The notes below the pieces were generated by a model. The model searched no databases, had not been told where the DNA came from, and saw only the letters and a program-made list of their open reading frames with translations. Below, piece after piece: positions 16,176 to 23,094 of a stretch of DNA of 24,000 bases (its first letter is position 1; the number at the start of each line of letters is the position of its first letter). The DNA is taken from NCBI GenBank assembly GCA_021828155.1, contig JAKAST010000007.1:9425-33424 (forward strand), in the 5' to 3' direction. The stretch comes from Candidatus Micrarchaeota archaeon (GTDB taxonomy: Archaea; Micrarchaeota; Micrarchaeia; Micrarchaeales; Micrarchaeaceae). Both the position numbers and the translations under genes were made by a program.

Positions 16176-17291
16176 TTATCCCGTCAGGCCCCTGAGCACG
16201 AAGCGCTTCAGCATCGTGCTCGGGCTGTCCATGTCGCCGTACCTGCTGAAGAACTGCTCGGCGCCGAAAAGCTTCGACATCTTCATGAGCAGCGCAAGGC
16301 TTCTGGGGCTCATGCTGGAGTAGTAGTTGTGCAGAGCGGCGTGCAGCTTCAAATCCATGCCGTATTGCCTCCTCCACATCTTTTCGTAGCTGGCAAGTGC
16401 TGTGCCATGCTCTATATGTGCGCTTATAACGTCAGCAGCTATCCTGGCGCACGCAGCCCCAAATATTATCCCGCCGCCGGTTGTAGCCTTTACCTGTCCT
16501 GCTGCATCTCCTACAAGCATGACATTGCCCTTGATTGTAATCCTTCTGGAGCCCAATGGTATTATGCTAGCATGCCCTGCCATTCTTTCTGCGCCCTCTA
16601 CTACATCTCTAACATTGCCATCGTTTATGAAATCAGTGAACGCGCTTGCACTGCTCCTCTTCGCCGTGCTGCTCGTCCCTATCCCAAGCTCCACCATACT
16701 GCTGGAGTACGGCGCTGACCATCCGAAGAAACGCCTGGCATGCTTGTTGGCGAAGAAGAGCTCCACCGAATGGCTGTCCTCCGCACTGGCCCCGCTGTAC
16801 TCGGCCTTGTATGTAAGCACATATTCCTTTATGGGAGGGAAGCCGAAGGCCGCTGCAACTCCTGATACTGCGCCGTCCGCTCCAACTATTATATTACTGT
16901 TGTCGTTTGCCAATTTTCTGAGTTCCTCGGCTCCCAGCCTTCTTTCAAATGCTATCTCAGCCCCGGCACGCTCTGCCTCCTCGAGGCATCTCTTGGCAAG
17001 CCTGCCTCGGTCCAGCACGTACGCCTGCACGCTACTCGCCTTGACTCTGAGGCTCTCATTCCCGGCGTGCAGCACCGCGCCGTCCAGCTCATTCACTATG
17101 GCGCTCCTGTAGTCGATGCCTATGCGTCCAAGCCCCGTCTTGGAGAGTATGCCGGATGCCTTGTCGGCCCCCTCCTCTACGCTGCGCTTGCCATCGTACA
17201 CATTGGTTGCTATGCCGCGCAGCGCTAGCTCTTTAGCGAGTATGAGCCCTATTACCCCCGCGCCAACAACCACTACTCTCGTGTCAGCCAC
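16176..17291 (-). CDS. FAD-dependent geranylgeranyl reductase family oxidoreductase
   Basis: 371 aa with a GTG start. It has an N-terminal VVVVGAGVIGLILAKELALRG dinucleotide-binding motif, IIVGADGAVSGVA, and the LVGDAAGQVKATTGGGI motif typical of GGR-type flavoproteins. Confidence 0.88.
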   Translation of the reverse strand: MADTRVVVVGAGVIGLILAKELALRGIATNVYDGKRSVEEGADKASGILSKTGLGRIGIDYRSAIVNELDGAVLHAGNESLRVKASSVQAYVLDRGRLAKRCLEEAERAGAEIAFERRLGAEELRKLANDNSNIIVGADGAVSGVAAAFGFPPIKEYVLTYKAEYSGASAEDSHSVELFFANKHARRFFGWSAPYSSSMVELGIGTSSTAKRSSASAFTDFINDGNVRDVVEGAERMAGHASIIPLGSRRITIKGNVMLVGDAAGQVKATTGGGIIFGAACARIAADVISAHIEHGTALASYEKMWRRQYGMDLKLHAALHNYYSSMSPRSLALLMKMSKLFGAEQFFSRYGDMDSPSTMLKRFVLRGLTG

Positions 17292-17369
17292 CCACGATTA
17301 TCGATATTTAAAGCTTTCCATCTAAACCTTAATAACTGATTTGTTGGTGTTCGTACGGCCGAGAAGAAA

Positions 17370-17705
17370 GTGAAAAAAGAGTCGCAGACCGGTAGTCTGG
17401 ACAATCCAAAGATAAAGATACAGAACATAGTCGTCAGCGCTGATCTGCACGCGGTAATAGACCTTTATACGCTCTCTAAGGAGGTCAAGGCTGTGGACTA
17501 CGAGCCTGAGCAGTTCCCCGGCGCCATATTTAGGGTGACTGAGCCCAAGGCTGTGATAATACTGTTCAAAAACGGCAAGATGATATGCACCGGTGCCAGC
17601 ACAGAAGCCGACATACGGCGCGTGCTTGATTACGCGGCCAAGATAATGTCAAAGTACGTAATATCGCTCAACCCGCCAGTCAAGGAGGGCCAAAAAGCCA
17701 AGTGA
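17370..17705 (+). CDS. Single-repeat TATA-box-binding-protein (TBP) domain protein
   Basis: 111 aa with a GTG start. IQNIVVSADL...DYEPEQFPGAIFRVTEPKAVIILFKNGKMICTGASTEAD closely matches one TBP repeat, most like the C-terminal one. An in-frame TGA at 17337-17339 and the stop at 17703-17705 bound the ORF. Codon usage is native ATA-rich. Confidence 0.85.
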   Translation: MKKESQTGSLDNPKIKIQNIVVSADLHAVIDLYTLSKEVKAVDYEPEQFPGAIFRVTEPKAVIILFKNGKMICTGASTEADIRRVLDYAAKIMSKYVISLNPPVKEGQKAK

Positions 17706-17708
17706 GCC

Positions 17709-18830
17709 CTACATCTTCTTTACTCTGTCGATGGCATTGTCAAATTTCTTGAAGAACATGTTCCACGTGTAGTGCTCTTTGACTCTCGCAGTGCCAGCAC
17801 GACCTATCTCCTCCGCTGCGCTTGGGTGCTCCGCGATGAATCTCATCTTGGCCGCCATCTCCCTTTCGTCGTTTACCAGAAAGCCCGTCTTTCCGTCGAC
17901 TACAGTTTCACGGGGGCCGCCCTCATTCACAGCTATCACAGGCTTGCCGCTGGCCATAGCCTGCAGAGGCGTCAGCCCGTAATCCTCGTTCATCGGCGGG
18001 TACAGCACGGCTGTAGCGCGCGAGAACAGCCTCTTCAACCTCTCATCAGCTATGTTTGGGAATACGGATATGCCGGGCACGGCCTTCGCCTCTTCGACCA
18101 CTTTGGCGTAATAATCGCTGTAGAACCTGTCATTGGAGAGTGCACCTGCCAGAACAAGCTTGTAATTCTTAAGTCCATTCACGCGCCTGAAAATCTTGAA
18201 CGCCTTTATGGCGAACAACTGCCGCTTGTTTGGCGAGAACCTCGAAGGGTAAAGGAAATATCTCCCATCGCCCTCGCTGGAGTAATCCTTGTAGTCTATT
18301 CCGCCGTTGAGGACCTGCGCGTCACGATTGAAGTACGTGCGCACTCTGTCTCGGGTATTGCTGCTGTTGGCGAGTATGAGCTCTATCTTCCTTACTACAT
18401 TCCTGTCTATGCGCCTCACGAAACTCAGCCCTACCATGTGCAGAGGTCGCTGGTAAGGCTTCTTCATCGCCATCCTGAATTTGTATAGGTCGTACAGGTC
18501 CCTGAGCGGCGTGTGGCAGTACCAGAGCACGCGTTCATTGTTATTCCTTACCCAGTGGCTGGGCGCAACATGCGCGTTTATCACATCGTAGTCGTCCTTA
18601 AGCCTAAGATTGTAGAATGACAGGCCATAGTTGAGCCCCTGTACCGCCCTGCCGTAGGGCAGCAGGCCGAAGCCCTTCCGACCTATAACCTCTATATCGA
18701 GGTCTTCGAACTCCGGAAATGTGCCCTTCCTATCGTATTCAGCCGTGTATATCTTTGCCTTGTAATGCTGCGCTATCTTCAGCACGATCATCTCGGCACC
18801 GCCTCTGAGTGTAAGGTTGGCCTGTGCCAT
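17709..18830 (-). CDS. GT-B fold glycosyltransferase (GT4-like)
   Basis: 373 aa. The C-terminal NEDYGLTPLQAMASGKPVIAVNEGGPRETVVDGKTGFLV block is typical of Glycos_transf_1 enzymes. Confidence 0.88.
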   Translation of the reverse strand: MAQANLTLRGGAEMIVLKIAQHYKAKIYTAEYDRKGTFPEFEDLDIEVIGRKGFGLLPYGRAVQGLNYGLSFYNLRLKDDYDVINAHVAPSHWVRNNNERVLWYCHTPLRDLYDLYKFRMAMKKPYQRPLHMVGLSFVRRIDRNVVRKIELILANSSNTRDRVRTYFNRDAQVLNGGIDYKDYSSEGDGRYFLYPSRFSPNKRQLFAIKAFKIFRRVNGLKNYKLVLAGALSNDRFYSDYYAKVVEEAKAVPGISVFPNIADERLKRLFSRATAVLYPPMNEDYGLTPLQAMASGKPVIAVNEGGPRETVVDGKTGFLVNDEREMAAKMRFIAEHPSAAEEIGRAGTARVKEHYTWNMFFKKFDNAIDRVKKM

Positions 18831-18923
18831 GGCAAGCTTCAGCTAAACACCTCAATACTATTAAAAGCAAAGTGCTTTATACTTTGAAGCGAAAAGCCGT
18901 AAATTACCGAAAGTGAGGACAAA

Positions 18924-20222
18924 ATGGACTTGGGCGAGGGGCTACGGCAGGCCCTGGCTAAGATATCGCGCGCCACAATAATAGACGCAAAGACAATCCG
19001 CGAGTTCAACAAGGAGCTGCAAAAGACGCTGCTCACCGCGGACGTAGAGGTGCCGCTGGTCTTCAGGCTTACGAAGAACATAGAAGAGAAGGCACTGAAG
19101 AGCAGACCGCCAGCCGGCCTCGCACCGAGAGATTACATAACAAACATAGTGTATGACGAGCTCGTTTCGTTGATGGGCCCAACCTATGAACCAGAGATAA
19201 AGAGGCAGCGCATACTGTTAATGGGCCTGTACGGCTCTGGCAAGACTACAACTGCCGCGAAGCTGGCTCGCTTCTACCAGGAGCGCGGTCTCAGCGCCGG
19301 GCTCATATGCTGCGATGTCTCTAGACCTGCGGCCTACGAGCAGCTTGAGACGCTGGCAAGGCAGGCTAACGTCGCATTCTTCGGAATGAAAGGCGAAAAG
19401 GATGCATCTAAGATTGCGCGTCAGGGCCTAATCGCTCTCAAGGACAAACAGGTCGTGATATGCGACACGAGTGGCAGGAACGCGCTTGATCCAGCGCTTA
19501 TAAGCGAGCTCAAGAAAGTCAATGCGGAATTCGCGCCAGACAACAAGGTGCTCGTTATCGGGGCAGATATGGGCCAGGCAGCAGGCAAGCAGGCACGCGA
19601 GTTCGACAGCGCAGTCAAGATAAACGGCGTAATAGTAACAAGGATGGATGGCTCCGGAAAGGGCGGCGGAGCGCTAAGCGCAACAAATGCGGCCAATGCA
19701 CACGTGCTCTTTATCGGTGTTGGAGAGAAGCTGAAGGATCTGGAGCCGTTCGACTCCGACAAGTTCATAGGTGGGTTGCTCGGTGTGCCCGACATCGCGA
19801 GCCTCGTGGAACGTGTCCAGAGCGCTGTGAAAGAAGCAGACATCAAGCCCGAAGAGATCGACATAGAGAAGTTCAACATCGATGCCTTCTATTCACAGCT
19901 CAAGGCGCTGAACAAGATGGGGCCGCTGAAGAGTGTGTTGGGCATGCTCGGCGCGTCGGACATGCCTAAGGACCTTGTCGAGCAGAGCGAGGGCAAGCTC
20001 AACAAGTACAAGACGATAATCAGCTCTATGACAAAGGCTGAGCGTAATGACGAGCACCTGCTGCACGAGCAGGGCAGAGTGGCTCGCATAGCAAAAGGGA
20101 GCGGTCTGCCAGAAAGGGATGTGCGCGAGCTGATATCCGATTTCAACAAGATGAAGCGCTCATTCAAGATGCTCAAGAATGATCGCAACATGAAGCGGTT
20201 CTTCTCAAAAATGGGAGGCTGA
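18924..20222 (+). CDS. srp54: Signal recognition particle 54-kDa GTPase
   Basis: 432 aa. It contains an N domain, G motifs (GLYGSGKTTTAAKLA, DTSGR, TRMDG) and a Met-rich M domain. GTGAGG lies 6-11 nt upstream of the ATG. Confidence 0.95.
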   Translation: MDLGEGLRQALAKISRATIIDAKTIREFNKELQKTLLTADVEVPLVFRLTKNIEEKALKSRPPAGLAPRDYITNIVYDELVSLMGPTYEPEIKRQRILLMGLYGSGKTTTAAKLARFYQERGLSAGLICCDVSRPAAYEQLETLARQANVAFFGMKGEKDASKIARQGLIALKDKQVVICDTSGRNALDPALISELKKVNAEFAPDNKVLVIGADMGQAAGKQAREFDSAVKINGVIVTRMDGSGKGGGALSATNAANAHVLFIGVGEKLKDLEPFDSDKFIGGLLGVPDIASLVERVQSAVKEADIKPEEIDIEKFNIDAFYSQLKALNKMGPLKSVLGMLGASDMPKDLVEQSEGKLNKYKTIISSMTKAERNDEHLLHEQGRVARIAKGSGLPERDVRELISDFNKMKRSFKMLKNDRNMKRFFSKMGG

Positions 20223-20244
20223 TTCCGTCGAAAAATAGAATATT

Positions 20245-20305
20245 AAGAAGAGAAAGAGAAAAAGAAAAAGCAAAAACAATCAAATGCTTATCTCTTTCTC
20301 TTCTT
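20245..20305. terminator. Perfect 15-bp hairpin (polypurine arm/polypyrimidine arm), candidate bidirectional terminator
   Basis: AAGAAGAGAAAGAGA at 20245-20259 is the exact reverse complement of TCTCTTTCTCTTCTT at 20291-20305, with a 31-nt A-rich loop. A T5 run follows on the plus strand (20316-20320) and another on the minus strand (A5 at 20231-20235). Confidence 0.5.
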
Positions 20306-20380
20306 TCCCTGTGACTTTTTCTTTGCCTTCTTTGCCATTTTCCTCACGTTTGGTAACGTTTTTAAGTTGTCACAATAATT

Positions 20381-20388
20381 ATTTAAAT
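20381..20388. promoter_or_regulatory. Palindromic TATA-like box ATTTAAAT
   Basis: This is a close match to the archaeal TTTAWATA consensus, and it reads the same on both strands. It is 43-50 nt upstream of the minus-strand ATG at 20338. It is too far (90 nt) to be the proximal box for the DRG gene, which has TTTTATCT at 20445-20452. Confidence 0.4.
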
Positions 20389-20477
20389 GTAAATATACAT
20401 CGCGGCCGCAAATTGTAAAAGCAATTCCATCTAACTACGCAATGTTTTATCTAAGTATATGATATGGTTGCATTTCA

Positions 20478-21584
20478 ATGCCTGGCAAGAAAGAAACTCT
20501 GGAATCAAAGCTCTCGGAGCTGGAATCTGAGTTCTCAAAGACGAAGGACAATAAGGCGACAAACAAGCACCTCGGCAAGCTCCGCTCTAAGATAGCAGAG
20601 ACCAGGCGCGAGATCGAGAAAGCGAGCAAAAGGGTCAAAGGCAAGGGGTTCTTCGTAAAGAAGGGCGGCGATGCCACAGTTGCACTTGTTGGATTTCCAA
20701 GCACAGGAAAGTCCTCGCTGCTCAACGCACTTACTAGATCCAATTCAAAGACGGCACCATACGCTTTCACCACAACCGGGATTATACCAGGCACAATGGT
20801 CTACCGGGATGCGCACATCCAGGTGCTCGACATGCCAGGCCTGATTGAGAGCGCCCATACCGGCATAGGCGACGCCGCGAGCATAGTCGCGCAGATACGC
20901 GTTGCTGACCTGATTGTGTTCGTGGTTGAAGTAAGCAACACCGCTCAGCTGGACGTGCTGATGACTGAATTGTCAGAACTCTCAGTCTATGTTAACAAGC
21001 AGAGGCCCGATGTGCAGGTGAATGAGGTATCATCCTATACCGGTCTCAGGTTCGAGGTCAACCGCTCCGGCCTGCGGGATGAGGTGCTGCGTACTATATT
21101 TACTGGCTTTGGCATATACAATGCCACAGTGCGAATATGGGATGCGATAGGCGAGGATGAGCTCATATCCTTGCTCGCAGACAAGTCCTGCTACAAGAGG
21201 GCCGTAGTAGCCATGAACAAGATAGATACTGACAGCAGTTACATTGCCACTGCGCAGGAGCTGTCACGACGCCACGGGATTGAGGTAGTGCCTGTCAGCG
21301 CTATGGACTCCAGCACACTTGCCCCGCTGAAGGCTAGCATATACTCCAATTCTGGGCTGATCAGAGTTTATCTGAAGCCTAGGTTCGACAAGGAGAGCTC
21401 GCCGATAACCGTCAAGCGTGGCTTCACCGTCGGAGAGCTGGCGAAGCGCGTCCATACCGAAATACTGGACGAGCTGAAGTGCGCATACATAGAGGGCAGC
21501 AGCGTCAAGTTCTCGAACCAGCGCGTCGGCGCAAAGCATGTGCTTGCGGATGGCGACATAATCACTTTCATCAGAAAGATGTAG
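20478..21584 (+). CDS. DRG/Obg-family GTP-binding protein with C-terminal TGS domain
   Basis: 368 aa with G1 GFPSTGKSSLLN, G3 DMPGLIE and G4 NKID. The C-terminal segment from RVYLKP to GDIITFI is TGS-like. Confidence 0.9.
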   Translation: MPGKKETLESKLSELESEFSKTKDNKATNKHLGKLRSKIAETRREIEKASKRVKGKGFFVKKGGDATVALVGFPSTGKSSLLNALTRSNSKTAPYAFTTTGIIPGTMVYRDAHIQVLDMPGLIESAHTGIGDAASIVAQIRVADLIVFVVEVSNTAQLDVLMTELSELSVYVNKQRPDVQVNEVSSYTGLRFEVNRSGLRDEVLRTIFTGFGIYNATVRIWDAIGEDELISLLADKSCYKRAVVAMNKIDTDSSYIATAQELSRRHGIEVVPVSAMDSSTLAPLKASIYSNSGLIRVYLKPRFDKESSPITVKRGFTVGELAKRVHTEILDELKCAYIEGSSVKFSNQRVGAKHVLADGDIITFIRKM

Positions 21585-21655
21585 GGCATTTCAGGAAAAC
21601 GGGAAACTATTTAATAAGGCGAGCGGGAATATGCTGTAGTGGCAAGTGATCTGCA

Positions 21656-22090
21656 ATGTCTATCAAGTACTGGGAATTTGAGGACGCACCTCTCAAGGAA
21701 AAGCTGAAGAATGCCAACGTGAGGGATGTAGCAAAGATCTTCTTCGACAACGAGACTGAGGCATATCGGTTTGCTGCGCTGCTTCTTGGGGTCAAGAAGC
21801 TTAAGAAGTTCAGGTTGAAGGACGTGCCTGAAACAATACCTGTAGCTACTGCCAAGCGCTATCTTGATTATGCTGTGCAGCTGGGCATGCTCAGCCACGA
21901 GGGCACAGCATATGAGCTCACAGACAGGTTCAGCAAACCGCTGCGCAACATCGCAGCGTACATAAAGGCGTGGATGGAGTCGCAGTCTGAGGACGATCTT
22001 TCAGTACTGTTCCCAAACGCCCGCACAGACAAGCAGGGCAAGCGCGGAGGCCGCACGCTGCATGAGACGAACGGGCCCGACGGGATTTGA
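21656..22090 (+). CDS. Hypothetical protein with probable winged-helix fold
   Basis: 144 aa. IPVATAKRYLDYAVQLGMLSHEGTAYELT resembles an HTH followed by a wing. TATTTAATAA at 21608-21617 lies upstream. The last 18 nt are antisense to the tRNA 3' end. Confidence 0.5.
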   Translation: MSIKYWEFEDAPLKEKLKNANVRDVAKIFFDNETEAYRFAALLLGVKKLKKFRLKDVPETIPVATAKRYLDYAVQLGMLSHEGTAYELTDRFSKPLRNIAAYIKAWMESQSEDDLSVLFPNARTDKQGKRGGRTLHETNGPDGI

Positions 22091-22185
22091 ACCCGCGACC
22101 GTCAGCTTTCTTCGCCGTTACTGGAACCCTTATTAAGGGAATCCCATAGAAGGCTGCTGCTCTGTCCAAGCTGAGCTACGGGCCC
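22073..22185 (-). tRNA. tRNA-Arg(UCU): tRNA-Arg (anticodon UCU) with 39-nt intron at canonical 37/38 position
   Basis: The minus strand reads GGGCCCG TA GCTC AGCTTGGACA GAGC A GCAGC CTTCTA [39-nt intron, 22146-22108] A GCTGA CGGTC GCGGG TTCAAAT CCCGT CGGGCCC. The acceptor and T arms pair perfectly. U33 and A37 are present. CUUC pairs with GAAG from the intron, flanked by two 3-nt bulges at the splice sites. No CCA is encoded. Confidence 0.88.
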
Positions 22186-22988
22186 TAACGCATAAGGTTT
22201 GACATCCTAATGTTAAAGAACCTTCTAGTATTCTGCATTAGCGCCGCTGCCGCCTCGTCGAACCCAATTCCCTTGGCAGCGGCTATCATTGCTATTGATT
22301 TCTCCACGTCTTTAGGCACGGCGTTGTTAACCGGAGCGTCTGTTTCTGCAAGCAGGTTCTGCATGGGTGCAGCCTTTATGACCCGCTTCCGCCTGGACGA
22401 TTCCATGGGTGGTATCGAGATCATGTAGCCCATGTCTGCTGCATGCTTCGCCTGTTCGACGTCGCCCTCGAAGAAATGAAGCTGCACGCGTTTCGCACCC
22501 TTCAACTCGAGTATCTCAAGAGCATCTGCCAATGCGTCCCTTGTGTGCACAGATACCGGCAATCCGAGCTCTATTGCCAGCTCGACAAGCCTCCCGAAAA
22601 CCAGCTTCTGCCTCTCAAGCACGCGCTCGTTTGTCGCGAACTTCTTGTCTATGCCTATCTCACCTATTGCCACAATCAAACTGCTATTGTCCCTTGCAAG
22701 TCGCATGTTCTTTTCCAGCTCATCATCGCTTATTGTGCCAGAATACTCAGGATGCACGCCTACGGCAGCGAAAACATTTATGCCGTCGCTCATAGATAAT
22801 GTCTTGAGGTTCGAGGCGAGATCCACGCCGTTCGCCACTATTACCTTAACCCCATAGTCTATGCTCTCCTTCAGAGTCTCCCTGCTCAGACTTTCTATGT
22901 GGCAGTGGGCGTCCGCCAGTTCCGGCCTGCTCTTCCGCATCTCCGGCCTATTGACCAGGAGCTCCCTCGACTTGAGTGCCTCTGCCAT
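22185..22988 (-). CDS. TatD-family metal-dependent hydrolase/DNase
   Basis: Motifs ADAHCHIE, VGVHPEY, AIGEIGID, VSVHTRDA, VQLHFFEG and ETDAP are present. The ORF extends to a TTG at 23018, but the ATG at 22988 sits about 34 nt downstream of the TATATATA box at 23018-23037. Confidence 0.88.
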   Translation of the reverse strand: MAEALKSRELLVNRPEMRKSRPELADAHCHIESLSRETLKESIDYGVKVIVANGVDLASNLKTLSMSDGINVFAAVGVHPEYSGTISDDELEKNMRLARDNSSLIVAIGEIGIDKKFATNERVLERQKLVFGRLVELAIELGLPVSVHTRDALADALEILELKGAKRVQLHFFEGDVEQAKHAADMGYMISIPPMESSRRKRVIKAAPMQNLLAETDAPVNNAVPKDVEKSIAMIAAAKGIGFDEAAAALMQNTRRFFNIRMSNLMR

Positions 22989-23094
22989 CTCCGTCACAGG
23001 TAAAGCGTTGTCTCGCAATATATATAGTCTTATATAGGGTAAATGGTAGCTGTGGAACCGGCCGTAACGCTAATTCCGCATTCCAGGTGTAGCA

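Noticed and set aside
9397-16377. Numerous 60-160-aa ORFs on the minus strand or in alternative plus frames inside nuoH-nuoN (for example 10176..10631, 11390..11878, 12158..12472, 13882..14175, 14579..14983, 16042..16377).
   Set aside because: All lie within confidently identified nuo genes. Their compositions are Arg/Ser/Ala/Cys-rich, and none has an upstream promoter-like box.
16167-17325. Plus-strand ORFs 16167..16718, 16402..17112 and 17116..17325, antisense to the geranylgeranyl reductase gene.
   Set aside because: The minus-strand frame carries the GxGxxG and GDAAG flavoprotein motifs. The plus-frame products are Ser/Ala/Pro/Leu low-complexity.
17772-18488. 238-aa plus-strand ORF antisense to the glycosyltransferase.
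   Set aside because: The minus frame has the Glycos_transf_1 signature. The plus frame has no motifs and unusual composition.
20284-20418. 44-aa plus-strand ORF (MLISFSSFPVTFSLPSLPFSS...) in the SRP54-DRG spacer.
   Set aside because: It is a direct read-out of the pyrimidine tract and the A/T-rich promoter DNA. It has no SD or TATA at a sensible distance and uses TTA/AAT codons that are rare in the real genes here.
22073-22185. The tRNA gene as an integration site for a mobile element, which would make the flanking genes cargo.
   Set aside because: I saw no integrase, no direct repeat of the tRNA 3' end, and the flanking genes are housekeeping-type (TatD, DRG GTPase) with ordinary composition.
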